From a virus, in the IMG/VR virus record IMGVR_UViG_3300013126_000011: DNA of 64,000 bases; one strand, given 5' to 3'. Under the pieces are notes generated by a model. That model was not told the origin of the DNA. It saw nothing but the letters and a program-made list of their open reading frames with translations, and did not search any database. Below, in pieces: positions 26,029 to 35,978 of the stretch; position 1 is the first letter of the stretch; each line of letters starts with the position of its first letter. The position numbers were made by a program, and so were the translations under genes.

Positions 26029-27303
26029 ATGGGTGAAGAAAAAAAGATTCGATTAATGACCATTTCCGACAATCCAATCGGAAAACCAACTGGCGTCGGT
26101 CTTCAAACCAGATACATGATTGAAGGTTTGTTGAAAACCGGTAAGTATCAAGTCGCTTCCTTAGCAGCAACCGCTGCAAATCAAAATATGAATCCAATCA
26201 AAACACAAGAATATGGTGACGCTTGGGAAATCCTGCCCATTAATGGCTTCGGAGAACCAGAAGTATTGCGAGCCGCCCTAAGATTGAAGAAGCCAGATAT
26301 TCTTTGGTTCATGACAGATCCAAGATATTATTGGTGGCTGTGGAATATGGAAAATGAGATTCGCACCAATTGTTACACCGTGTATTATAACATTTGGGAT
26401 AACTTACCATATCCAACATATAACAAAAAATACTACGAATCAACAGATACGCTAGTAGCTATCAGCAAGCTGACTTTCGATATTAATAAAACTGTAGCTC
26501 CAAATACTGAATGTTTGTATTTGCCGCATGCAGTAGACCCGAAGTACTTCAAGCCCCTTCCAGAAGAGAGCGTTAAGACTTTCAGGAAGAACTCTTTAGG
26601 ACCGAATGCAGAAAAGTTCATTTTCTTTTGGAACAATCGAAACCAGAAGCGCAAGCAAGCAGCTAGTTTGATTTGGGCATATAAGGACTTTTGCGATAAG
26701 ATTGGTCACGATAAGACAATTCTGTTGATGCACACAGATCCAAAAGAAGCTGCTGGACCAGATTTAGAGGCAAACGTTAAGGCGACAGGACTAACGAACG
26801 GAGAAGTATTATTTTCTACCGATAAGGCATTATCGTTTGAGCGTCTTGGAGTGCTTTACAACGCCTGTGATTGCGGAATTAACATCAGCGATTCTGAAGG
26901 TTTCGGCTTGAGCTTGCTTGAAACTCTTGCATGCGGCAAGCCAGCAATTGCGACGTTGACAGGCGGAATGGTAGAACAGATTATCAATGATAATGGTGTT
27001 CATCTTGGAGTTGGACTAAAACCATCGGCTAGTCCAGTTGTAGGTTCTCAAATAATTCCTTATATTTATGAAGATCATGTAAGTCGCGAACGGGTTGTTG
27101 AAGCAATGACCAAAATGTACTTTATGAGTAAAGAAGAGCGAAATAATCTCGGCAAGTTAGCAGTAGAACACGTCAATAAACACTTTAATTTTGAACAATA
27201 TACAAATCGTTGGGATGAAATTCTAACTTCCGTATATCAGAAAGGACCAACATGGCCAAGAGTGGATTACAAATCGTGGAGTCTTACGGAGATGAAGAGT
27301 TAG
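26029..27303 (+). CDS. GT4 (GT-B) glycosyltransferase
   Basis: NRNQKRK, SEGFGLSLLETLACGKP. Confidence 0.88.
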   Translation: MGEEKKIRLMTISDNPIGKPTGVGLQTRYMIEGLLKTGKYQVASLAATAANQNMNPIKTQEYGDAWEILPINGFGEPEVLRAALRLKKPDILWFMTDPRYYWWLWNMENEIRTNCYTVYYNIWDNLPYPTYNKKYYESTDTLVAISKLTFDINKTVAPNTECLYLPHAVDPKYFKPLPEESVKTFRKNSLGPNAEKFIFFWNNRNQKRKQAASLIWAYKDFCDKIGHDKTILLMHTDPKEAAGPDLEANVKATGLTNGEVLFSTDKALSFERLGVLYNACDCGINISDSEGFGLSLLETLACGKPAIATLTGGMVEQIINDNGVHLGVGLKPSASPVVGSQIIPYIYEDHVSRERVVEAMTKMYFMSKEERNNLGKLAVEHVNKHFNFEQYTNRWDEILTSVYQKGPTWPRVDYKSWSLTEMKS

Positions 27304-27500
27304 CAACATATAGTTTTGTTTTGAGATATGGTAATAAGTTAGCCAATAGTGTTTGTCATAAATTGTTTATCAAAGCTCCCGTTGAAAAAGAAGATGTTAG
27401 TGCAGTTGCAGCATTAATTAAAGAGCAGTTGGACTTATTGACAGTTGAACAGTTGGCTGAATGGGTAAGAGAAATAGAGCGTTATAGGGACGGAGAATAA
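27252..27500 (+). CDS. hypothetical protein
   Basis: AAGGA SD; fills the gap between GTs. Confidence 0.5.
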   Translation: MAKSGLQIVESYGDEELATYSFVLRYGNKLANSVCHKLFIKAPVEKEDVSAVAALIKEQLDLLTVEQLAEWVREIERYRDGE

Positions 27501-27501
27501 A

Positions 27502-28782
27502 TTGGCAGAGAAAAAAAAGGTTGTAGTCGTTGGTAGTGCCTTTGCTACTGCTGGCTATTCGGTTGCTGTTCGTTTCGTTCTAGAGTCTTTAAAAGACAGG
27601 AATGACGTTGAATTATATTTGGTATCGACTCCTTGGGCGAAGATGACCAATAATTTGCAGCAAACCGAATTTTTTGAATGGATGCATTCTTTGGTACTCA
27701 AGACTTTTGAATATCAAAAGAACGGCGGCAAGTTTGATGTTTCTGTACAGGTAACAATTCCTGGCGAATGGCAGAAGATTGCGCCAATCAATATTGGTGT
27801 TACTGCTGCGATGGAAACCGATAGAATTTCGAAACAATGGCTTGAGAAGTGTTATTTGATGGACAAGATTATCGTTCATTCGGAGCACTCAAAGAATTCC
27901 ATCGTTAACGCTCATTACAAGATTTCAGTGCCGAATGGTCGAGAAATCGATTTAAAGGTACCTTCCAGCGTTCCTATTGAAGTGGTGCCATTTCCAGTAG
28001 TCCCGGTAGAGCAAGACGCTAATTTTGCCCTTCCTGCGCTTATGGACTTCAATTTCCTGGCAGTCGCTCAATGGGGTTCAAGAAAGAACCTAGAACAGAC
28101 GATTATTGGTTTTGTCGAGGCAATGAACAATGAGCCTGTTGGATTGATTCTGAAGGTTGCCGGTGGCAATCTTTCGAACGTTGATCGAGAAGATACAAAA
28201 GAAAAGTTAGACAAGTTACTCAAACCGCTATACACAAAGTATCCAAACCGAAAGTGCAAAGTATTTCTTCTTCATGGTTATATGACTGATGCAGAAATGA
28301 GCGCCTTGTATCAAAATCCAAAAGTCAAGGCAATCGTTACAACTACTCATGGAGAGGGTACGTGTTTGCCGATTCTTGACGCAGCCTCATATGGTTTGCC
28401 AGTAGTTTGTTCTTGGTGGAGCGGATATACTGACTTTCTTCAAGCTCCAACAGTCGACAAGAAGCTGCACAAAACAGTTATCAAGCCGATGGTAACTCAG
28501 ATTGAATTCAAAATCGCTCCAGTTGATCCTTCGTTTGGATTGATTCCGCAATGGCGTAATTTAATTGAGCCTGGAATGCAATGGTGTTATCCAGACATGG
28601 TATCGTACAAGAACGCTTTGCTTGACGTATATAAGAATCATTCTGAAAAGCTTGGTAAGGCAAAGAAGCTTCAAAAGCATATTTTAGTTGAACTGGAAAA
28701 GTCAAAGATTTACGAGAAGATGCGCGAGACTTTGTTGGGGGAAGCTTTCGAGATTGAAGCTGTTGAGATTGGAGTTGTGTGA
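27502..28782 (+). CDS. GT4 glycosyltransferase
   Basis: GYS, ETD, RKN, HGEGTCLPILDAASYGLPV. Confidence 0.85.
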   Translation: MAEKKKVVVVGSAFATAGYSVAVRFVLESLKDRNDVELYLVSTPWAKMTNNLQQTEFFEWMHSLVLKTFEYQKNGGKFDVSVQVTIPGEWQKIAPINIGVTAAMETDRISKQWLEKCYLMDKIIVHSEHSKNSIVNAHYKISVPNGREIDLKVPSSVPIEVVPFPVVPVEQDANFALPALMDFNFLAVAQWGSRKNLEQTIIGFVEAMNNEPVGLILKVAGGNLSNVDREDTKEKLDKLLKPLYTKYPNRKCKVFLLHGYMTDAEMSALYQNPKVKAIVTTTHGEGTCLPILDAASYGLPVVCSWWSGYTDFLQAPTVDKKLHKTVIKPMVTQIEFKIAPVDPSFGLIPQWRNLIEPGMQWCYPDMVSYKNALLDVYKNHSEKLGKAKKLQKHILVELEKSKIYEKMRETLLGEAFEIEAVEIGVV

Positions 28783-30005
28783 TGAAAAGGTTTGTTTTTA
28801 TCGCGCAATTTCGAGATAATTGTGGATATGCCGTTGCTGCGAGAGGATATCTTAAAGCCTTAGATCATTATTTAAAAATGCATCCGAAAGCTTTTCATTT
28901 AAGTATATTTACAATTCCTCTTGAAACCAATAACAGCAAAATTACCGAGGAAGAAGAAGCGCTTATTGAAAAATATGAGATATCTTATGATGAAGTTGAT
29001 AACTTGATAATCCATAATCAACCTCAATATACAGTCATTTGGAGTATGCCTCCACCCATGATAGTATGGAAAGACAAAAGTGCTTTGCCGATTTGGATAA
29101 AGGTGAAGCAGCTTTTTGATCATTCTAGTGATAATGTGAACATTTCTTTTTGGGAAGCAACAGATATTCCTCGCTTTTGGATGGATATTTTTGACGCCAT
29201 CAAAACCTCGAAGGTAATAGTCGCTTGTGATTGGAATGAACAAGTATATCGACGACGGCTTGGAGAGCGTGTATATCGCGTTCCATGCGTTGTTGAGCAG
29301 AGTGATATCAAAGATATAACAGAGATTTCGTCGTTGCGTTCACTTTTGAGCGGAAAATATGTATTTTTGTCAGTTGCACAGTGGCAGCCAAGAAAAGGAT
29401 TAAAAGATCTTTTGCGCGCGTATTATATGGAGTTCGCAAAGCGTCAAGATGTTGTTTTAGTTTTGAAGACTTACATTAATATTATGAACAACAATCCGAT
29501 GTCAGCCAGTCAACAAAAGCAAGAGATTCAAAAGCAAATTGTTGAGATCCGAAACTCCATATATCTAGATGATGGCAGCAATCCTTCGGCGTTAGTTGTG
29601 GTTGTCCCTGGTGCTATTTCGAAGGGAAATTTGAATTGGCTGTATAATAGTTGCAATGCTTTCGTTTTGCCCACGCGCGGAGAAGGTTTTTGCATTCCGT
29701 TGGCAGAGGCTATGCAATTCAACAAGCGCGTAATCGTCCCTCGCGAGGGAGGTCATGTTGATTTGCTTCGGGGATATCCCGAAGATTCTATTTTTTTGAC
29801 TGATGGAATGTGGCAACCGTATGAGGGATTGCCTGGGTATACGTGCAATATGGATTGGTATTTGGCGGATATTAAGTCAGTTCGCAAGCAGATGAGAGCG
29901 GCTTTCGAGAGTGGTCTTGTTGATCATATAAGTCCACAATCGTTAAGTCTAAATACTATTGAATTGGTTGGCGATAAATTAGCCGGAGTGCTACTAAATG
30001 TATAA
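28779..30005 (+). CDS. GT4 glycosyltransferase
   Basis: GYAVAARGY, WE, QWQPRKG, RGEGFCIPLAEAM. Confidence 0.87.
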   Translation: MMKRFVFIAQFRDNCGYAVAARGYLKALDHYLKMHPKAFHLSIFTIPLETNNSKITEEEEALIEKYEISYDEVDNLIIHNQPQYTVIWSMPPPMIVWKDKSALPIWIKVKQLFDHSSDNVNISFWEATDIPRFWMDIFDAIKTSKVIVACDWNEQVYRRRLGERVYRVPCVVEQSDIKDITEISSLRSLLSGKYVFLSVAQWQPRKGLKDLLRAYYMEFAKRQDVVLVLKTYINIMNNNPMSASQQKQEIQKQIVEIRNSIYLDDGSNPSALVVVVPGAISKGNLNWLYNSCNAFVLPTRGEGFCIPLAEAMQFNKRVIVPREGGHVDLLRGYPEDSIFLTDGMWQPYEGLPGYTCNMDWYLADIKSVRKQMRAAFESGLVDHISPQSLSLNTIELVGDKLAGVLLNV

Positions 30006-30534
30006 GTCTCTAGAATTTATGAAACAATTTAAGTATGTCGGAGAAGGTGTACAAGTATTCGAAAATGCGCTGATTTTGAAACCAGAAGAGATCATTTTGC
30101 ACGATGGGTGTCGCATTGATGATTTTTGCCGTCTTGAGGGTGGTAGCGGATTAGATATCGGGCGGTATGTTCACATTAGTTCGTTTTGTGGAATTTTAGG
30201 CGGCGGCAAGGTGATTCTTGAAGACTATGTTGCTATGGCTCAAGGAAGTCGCATTATATCTGGAAGCGATACAAAGAATGCGATTATGTCTGCTGCTTCA
30301 CCTCACGGTCGAGAAATCAAAAGAAGCTGGAATATTCTACATAAACATGCATTTATGGGAGTTAATTCGGTATTGATGGTTGGAATTCCGCTACATGAAG
30401 GTGTGGTTGTCGGCGCATGCGCAGTAGTAACGAAGGAATATCCAGCGTGGACTATTCTTGGTGGCGTTCCAGCAACAATCATTGGTAACAGAAACGCTTC
30501 GAGGGTAATTCAAAAGGAAGACGCGGGAACATGA
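29998..30534 (+). CDS. hexapeptide-repeat (LbH) sugar N/O-acyltransferase
   Basis: IGRYVHI, VVVGACAVVTK, GVPA. Confidence 0.85.
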   Translation: MYKSLEFMKQFKYVGEGVQVFENALILKPEEIILHDGCRIDDFCRLEGGSGLDIGRYVHISSFCGILGGGKVILEDYVAMAQGSRIISGSDTKNAIMSAASPHGREIKRSWNILHKHAFMGVNSVLMVGIPLHEGVVVGACAVVTKEYPAWTILGGVPATIIGNRNASRVIQKEDAGT

Positions 30535-30599
30535 AGTTTTATGGCCAATTCGATCCTCCAATCGATAAAATTCTTTATTTGCGAGGCAATAATGTCTGA
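30531..30599 (+). pseudogene. 22-codon remnant resembling an FkbM methyltransferase N-terminus
   Basis: MKFYGQFDPPIDKILY then stop; ATGA-coupled to the upstream gene. Confidence 0.4.
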
Positions 30600-30894
30600 T
30601 ACACTAGGTTCTTTAATTGACAAGCTTTTTACTGTCGACACAAAAATGTGGAACAATCAAGAAGAATTGTATCGAATTCGACGAATGACATTCGATGAGT
30701 ACAAGCATGAGTATTTTGAAAATGAAGAGGGCGCAAAACGTTTGTGGTCTTCATTACAAAAGGCTTGTGATTTAAATGTTCAAAGAAACAATCTTATTGA
30801 TGAAATTGATCAACATATTGTGACCCTCTTAGAAGACATAAAAAATGATAAAGCGCTTGAAGAATACGTCCAGACTAAATACAAAACCTATTAA
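30592..30894 (+). CDS. DUF4254-like helical protein
   Basis: DTLGSLIDKL..KMW..LNVQRNNLIDEID; GAGG SD before ATG 30592. Confidence 0.65.
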   Translation: MSDTLGSLIDKLFTVDTKMWNNQEELYRIRRMTFDEYKHEYFENEEGAKRLWSSLQKACDLNVQRNNLIDEIDQHIVTLLEDIKNDKALEEYVQTKYKTY

Positions 30895-31906
30895 AACCGA
30901 AGAAGTCTCTTCCATATATAAAGAAGCTTCGAAATTTTTTGATATGTCTGTTGAGGCTATAAAAGATGAAATATCAGTAATATTGCATACATTTGAAGCG
31001 GATTTGATTGAATTGTGTGAAAGAATAGATTGTACTGAAGTAGATACTGTGTTTGTGGAATATGCTGGATTCGGTGATGCCATTCACTCCAGATTAATGA
31101 TTCAACAATATCGCTTAGAGCATCCGGAGCAAACTGTGGCATGGTTTGTTAATAAAAACGTAGCAAATATTTATAGAAACGAAGAATTGGTTTTTGGTCA
31201 TCATGTAATTAATCGATATCGATATCCTCATAACGCTTTAAGTCGAGAAGTGATTAAGTGTTTAGGTGCGTTGGTGGACAAAGCATTTGTGCATTCCAAA
31301 CTTCGAATATACGATCTGTCTAAAAAAGTAATACAATATCACATAGAAAGACGCCGCATTCAACAGTGGAAAAGTTTTGAGTTTCCTTATTATGACTCAA
31401 TGAATATGAAAAGAAATTACGATATTAAACACGTAGTTAAGCATAATGGCAAAATGAGCGATTTCGATTTTTTTTCATCTTTGGGTGCCCGACCCTGGAT
31501 TCTTTTTGAACATTCTTCAATGTCGTTTCGAACGTCATCTAATCCAAAAGCTTATGCTGAGTTTGTGCAAACCATGATTAAGAATGACGTTCCGGTTGTG
31601 TTGGTTGGCGCTAAGGATGATTTTTTTATTGATGGTTGTTACAATTGTCTTGGAGCAAATTTTTATGATGTTATAACATTGATGCGTAATTGTTCTTGTT
31701 TTGTTGGAAGAAATTCTGCCAATCAAATGATGTCTGTTTTTACACTCAAACCAATAAACATATTAGAGTTAGACACAGTTGACCATAATGGTCTTTTGTC
31801 ATTTAAAAAATGCGAATATTTGCCCGTTAATAGTATTATTCGTTATTATGATACGAGAAAAACTGTTGGGTATATTGAACATGCGTTAGAGTTAGCTAAA
31901 AAATGA
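30845..31906 (+). CDS. GT9 (heptosyltransferase-like) glycosyltransferase
   Basis: GFGDAI, VVLVG, FVGRNSA. Confidence 0.6.
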   Translation: MIKRLKNTSRLNTKPIKTEEVSSIYKEASKFFDMSVEAIKDEISVILHTFEADLIELCERIDCTEVDTVFVEYAGFGDAIHSRLMIQQYRLEHPEQTVAWFVNKNVANIYRNEELVFGHHVINRYRYPHNALSREVIKCLGALVDKAFVHSKLRIYDLSKKVIQYHIERRRIQQWKSFEFPYYDSMNMKRNYDIKHVVKHNGKMSDFDFFSSLGARPWILFEHSSMSFRTSSNPKAYAEFVQTMIKNDVPVVLVGAKDDFFIDGCYNCLGANFYDVITLMRNCSCFVGRNSANQMMSVFTLKPINILELDTVDHNGLLSFKKCEYLPVNSIIRYYDTRKTVGYIEHALELAKK

Positions 31907-33015
31907 TTCCAATTTATAAACCTTATTTAAATGATGTTACAAAAGATCTGGTTCGATATGCTCTTGATAGTGGATGGGTTTCTTCACAGGGTCAATATAT
32001 CGATATGGCAAAGCAGTTATTAAAAGAACGCTTGGGAGTTAAACATGTAATTTTGACGTGTAATGGCACTGCCGCAACATATTGTTTGGCCAAGGCGGTG
32101 CAATATGTTAAGCCAAAGGCTGAAGAAGTGATTACGTCAAACAACAGTTATGTTGCATCCGTCAACAGTTTTCTGCATGATGATAAATACGATATTTTAG
32201 CCTTGGATGCAGACAAAAACACTTGGAACATGGACTTATCAGCTGATTGGTTAGAAAGAGAGGGAATGCTAGCTTCAGGTGTTATTTTTGTAGTTCACAA
32301 TATGGGCAATCCCGTAAATGTACCGGCGCTTCAGAGAAAGTTTCCAAATGCGTTGATTGTTGAAGATGCGTGCGAAGCTTTGTTTGGTGAATATGATGGA
32401 AAGCCAGTTGGCTCTGCTGGTCTTTGTGCTTCTTTTTCTTTTTTTGCAAACAAAACAATAACCTCGGGCGAGGGAGATGCGTTCGTAACCAATGATGATA
32501 CGATTGCGAAATATATTGCATCATACGTTAATCAGGGCAATACTTCAACCAGATTCGTGCATGATACGCTAGCTCATAATTTCAGAATGACGAATTTACA
32601 GGCTGCAATGTTATGCGGTCAGCTTTTATCTGTCGATGAGATCCTAACATCCAAGCATGCCGTTTTTGAAGCGTATCGTGCCAAATTGAGCAGTTCAACA
32701 AAGTTGAGCTATCAACAGAACGCCGAAAACACAAAAGCAGCAGAGTGGATGTTTGCAGTAAAATTAGAAAATTCTGGAACATATTTGCAGGCTGAATCTT
32801 TCTTTTCAGAACGCAACATTGATATTAGACCAATGTTTTATCCGTATACTCGTCACGAACATTTGCGTTTAAATTCTAGAGTGTTCTGTCAGAAAGATGA
32901 TGTAGCTAAAGAATTATCTGAAAAGGTGATTGTCTTGCCTTCATATCCGACATTGACACTTAACGAAATTGAGCATATCTGTGATACTTTACTTGAATTT
33001 GTGGAGAAATCATGA
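31903..33015 (+). CDS. DegT/DnrJ PLP aminotransferase, GDP-perosamine synthase-like
   Basis: GWVSSQG, NGTAA, EDACEA, SFFANKTITSGEG, NFRMTNLQAA, LPS. Confidence 0.88.
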   Translation: MIPIYKPYLNDVTKDLVRYALDSGWVSSQGQYIDMAKQLLKERLGVKHVILTCNGTAATYCLAKAVQYVKPKAEEVITSNNSYVASVNSFLHDDKYDILALDADKNTWNMDLSADWLEREGMLASGVIFVVHNMGNPVNVPALQRKFPNALIVEDACEALFGEYDGKPVGSAGLCASFSFFANKTITSGEGDAFVTNDDTIAKYIASYVNQGNTSTRFVHDTLAHNFRMTNLQAAMLCGQLLSVDEILTSKHAVFEAYRAKLSSSTKLSYQQNAENTKAAEWMFAVKLENSGTYLQAESFFSERNIDIRPMFYPYTRHEHLRLNSRVFCQKDDVAKELSEKVIVLPSYPTLTLNEIEHICDTLLEFVEKS

Positions 33016-34004
33016 GTAACAAACAAAAGCTAGCTATCATAACCGGCGTAAATGGACAAGATGGCTCTCATCTATCCGATCTTCTTTTGCAAAAAGGCTA
33101 TAGGGTTGTCGGATTGACTCGCCGCCGAGCCGTAGAGTGCGGCAGCAATCTCGAATCAGCGCTCAAAGATCCCAATTTTCAATTGGAATATGCCAACATG
33201 ACCGACTCTTCGAGTCTTTGGAATGCTCTGCATAAACACAGACCAGACGAAATCTACAATCTTGCTGCTCAATCTCACGTACATACTTCGTTTGAGGTGC
33301 CAGAAGAAACCATGAACGTTAATGCACTTGGTACGCTAAGACTTCTCGATGCAATGCGAAAGATTGTACCAGAAGCGAGATTTTATCAAGCCAGTACCAG
33401 TGAAATGTTTGGCAAAAATATTGCAGTGCCCCAAAATGAACAGAGCGCAATGCTTCCCGTTTCCCCTTATGCATGTGCAAAACTATGTGCTCATCAGCTT
33501 TGCGAAAGTTACAGAGAGGCATATGGAATGTTTATTGCGTGTGGCATTCTTTACAACCACGAGGGAGAACGTCGAGGTGAAAAATTTGTATCACGCAAAA
33601 TTACACAAGGCGTTGCGAGAATTAAACATGGGCTTCAGAACAAACTTGTACTTGGAAATTTACATGCAAAGCGCGATTGGGGTTATGCCGTAGATTATGT
33701 TAACGCCATGTACATGATGTTGCAACACGATAAACCAGACACTTTCGTAGTAGCCACCGGTATCACTCGTACTGTTTTTGATTTTGTATTGGAGACTTTC
33801 AGATGTGCTGGAATTGAAAATTGCGCGGATTATATTTCTCTCGATCCAACGCTCCAACGCCCAGCGGAAGTTCCATTACTGCTTGGTGATGCTAGTAAAA
33901 TTCAAAATGAACTTGGATGGCAACCAGAAGTGACTTTTGAACAATTGGTAGAATTAATGTATAATCATGATGAACAAGAAGTGTTGCGGTTAATTAAAAA
34001 CTAG
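33012..34004 (+). CDS. gmd: GDP-mannose 4,6-dehydratase
   Basis: ITGVNGQDG, NLAAQSHV, YQASTSEMFG, SPYACAK, RDWGYA. Confidence 0.95.
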   Translation: MSNKQKLAIITGVNGQDGSHLSDLLLQKGYRVVGLTRRRAVECGSNLESALKDPNFQLEYANMTDSSSLWNALHKHRPDEIYNLAAQSHVHTSFEVPEETMNVNALGTLRLLDAMRKIVPEARFYQASTSEMFGKNIAVPQNEQSAMLPVSPYACAKLCAHQLCESYREAYGMFIACGILYNHEGERRGEKFVSRKITQGVARIKHGLQNKLVLGNLHAKRDWGYAVDYVNAMYMMLQHDKPDTFVVATGITRTVFDFVLETFRCAGIENCADYISLDPTLQRPAEVPLLLGDASKIQNELGWQPEVTFEQLVELMYNHDEQEVLRLIKN

Positions 34005-34014
34005 GAGAAAAGAA

Positions 34015-34269
34015 ATGACAGAAGAGAAGACATTCAAGGTATCGGAACAGTTTGCAATGGCAATGTTGTTTGCGCTACAGAATTCGTTGGCAGAACAAAC
34101 AGACATTATGCCAGAATTGATGGGCTGGAAGCTCTTTATCAAGGACGATGAAGTTTGGATCGAGAATCCGCCTGTATTGCGCGTTTCATCAGATGCTAGC
34201 CCCTATGACGAGCAGCCAGAAGAAGTTAAGAAGGTAATGGATTCGATTCTTGTAGACTTTGAAGGGTAA
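34015..34269 (+). CDS. hypothetical protein
   Basis: AGGAG SD. Confidence 0.65.
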   Translation: MTEEKTFKVSEQFAMAMLFALQNSLAEQTDIMPELMGWKLFIKDDEVWIENPPVLRVSSDASPYDEQPEEVKKVMDSILVDFEG

Positions 34270-34272
34270 GAA

Positions 34273-34527
34273 ATGCCATTTTATACGTATAAGTGTAAAG
34301 AGTGCAACAAACAATATACGGTTTCTCATGAAATGACAAAACCGTTAACTGCATGCCCGATGTGCAATGCAGATGCGCAGCAATTAATAAGAGTTCCAGT
34401 CATCAATCAAGTCAGATTGCAGAACGCTGCATCATCTACAAATCAAGATCGCAACTTGGAGATTCGACGAAAGAATTTAACATCTTATATTGAGTCAATG
34501 CGCGAGGAATTAAAAGGAAAACAATAA
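34273..34527 (+). CDS. FmdB-family zinc ribbon protein
   Basis: MPFYTYKCKEC..CPMC. Confidence 0.8.
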   Translation: MPFYTYKCKECNKQYTVSHEMTKPLTACPMCNADAQQLIRVPVINQVRLQNAASSTNQDRNLEIRRKNLTSYIESMREELKGKQ

Positions 34528-34528
34528 T

Positions 34529-34930
34529 ATGGGTTGGTTTTTTACAGTAGTTCTATTTGTTGTTGTGATTTTTTTTCTGCTTTATGTTAGAGCGCTCATG
34601 AAGCGTGTACAATCCTTAGTCTTGGGTTGGTTTTCAATTAGAGCAGAATTGAAAGATTATCAGCAACATTTAGAGCGCGTATACAAGATGCCGTCATATT
34701 ACAACGAACCGACTCTGGAAAAGCTTATCGAACATACAAAGTTTCTAGAATCTGCAATAGATGAATTTGAACATGACACATACTTGGTTGGCTTGTTTGA
34801 TCAAAAAGATGCGCTAGAGTATGATCGACAAACTTCAGAGTCCTCACAAGATGAGGAATTAGATATTGATCACAAAGAAGAGCAACAAGAAACAATCGAC
34901 AAAAGCGAAGTCGTCAGGCAAGTATACTAA
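34529..34930 (+). CDS. single-pass membrane protein
   Basis: N-terminal TM segment, coiled-coil. Confidence 0.65.
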   Translation: MGWFFTVVLFVVVIFFLLYVRALMKRVQSLVLGWFSIRAELKDYQQHLERVYKMPSYYNEPTLEKLIEHTKFLESAIDEFEHDTYLVGLFDQKDALEYDRQTSESSQDEELDIDHKEEQQETIDKSEVVRQVY

Positions 34931-35666
34931 CTCCGCTGGCAAGACTCCCAAAAACTATTACTTTACACAAATTCATGAAAATGCCATTATTCAATATGCA
35001 TCATCGACAAATAGAGATGAAAAGAATAAACTGTACAAAGATTTGTTACAGCCAGTATTTTCAGAGTTAGTCGACAAGATCGTATATACGTACAAGTATA
35101 CGTCACTTCCAAATATTGAAGAAAAGAAGCAAGAGTGTAAGATTTGGCTAATGACTATTCTTGATAAGTTCGATCCGGCTAAAGGTTCGAAGGCTTTTGC
35201 ATATTTTACAGTTATCACTCGTAATTGGTTTAGTCACGAACGAAAGCGTCACGTATCTCTGCTAAAGAGAGAGATGCACTATGAAGATGCTTCAAAGAAT
35301 GGTGTTGCTTTATCAGAACGCGAAGAATTGATTTCTGAATCGCTTCCGTATCTTGATAGCAGAGAACGTGACGAATTTTGGTCTACATTTTTAAAGGAAT
35401 TTGCTACTTGGGAAGATTCCGAAGAAGAATCAACCGCCAATCGCAAGAAGGTCTATGATGCCCTCAAAATTTTGTTTGACAGCAAAGAAGATATTGAAAT
35501 CTTCAATAAAAAGGCTATATATTTGTATCTAAGAGAGATCACAGGACTGAGTACCAAACAAATTGTATGTCATCTCAAAAAGTTTCGAGAGCAATATTTA
35601 GTTTGGAGAGGCATTTGGGATGAAGGGTATGAGGATTTTATCTATGACGAAGAGAATGAAATTTGA
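34866..35666 (+). CDS. phage sigma-factor-like protein (candidate late sigma)
   Basis: region-2-like LDKFDPAKGSKAFAYFTVITRN; C-terminal HTH-like LYLREITGLSTKQI. Confidence 0.7.
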   Translation: MITKKSNKKQSTKAKSSGKYTNSAGKTPKNYYFTQIHENAIIQYASSTNRDEKNKLYKDLLQPVFSELVDKIVYTYKYTSLPNIEEKKQECKIWLMTILDKFDPAKGSKAFAYFTVITRNWFSHERKRHVSLLKREMHYEDASKNGVALSEREELISESLPYLDSRERDEFWSTFLKEFATWEDSEEESTANRKKVYDALKILFDSKEDIEIFNKKAIYLYLREITGLSTKQIVCHLKKFREQYLVWRGIWDEGYEDFIYDEENEI

Positions 35667-35958
35667 TTCAGGCGACCTAACCGCTAAAGCACTAAAGAAC
35701 ATTGACGATGATCGTATCAAGGTTGATGCGCTATTAAGCGATCTGATGATCCACATGAAGCAGCAGAGTCGGTTAGAACAGGGCGGCTTGGTTGCTGCCA
35801 AATATCTTGAGACTCTACAACGTTCAAATGAACAACTTATTAAAATCATTCACGGCATGCACAAGAACGATGCTGTTGCTGACGAGCCAATGACTCAAGA
35901 AGAAATTGATGCTCAATATGAAGAAATTGAACGTCAACGCGCGCTTAATCGTCAGTAA
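35657..35958 (+). CDS. hypothetical coiled-coil protein
   Basis: KYLETLQRSNEQLIK; start 35620 or 35657. Confidence 0.6.
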
Positions 35959-35978
35959 ATAGAAAGCAAATAAGTCGT

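Noticed and set aside
9480-34004. Eukaryotic giant virus (NCLDV) origin suggested by the ligase, Gmd and GTs
   Set aside because: sigma70 promoters, SD sites, operon coupling, sigma factor and gp25/gp6 baseplate indicate a bacteriophage
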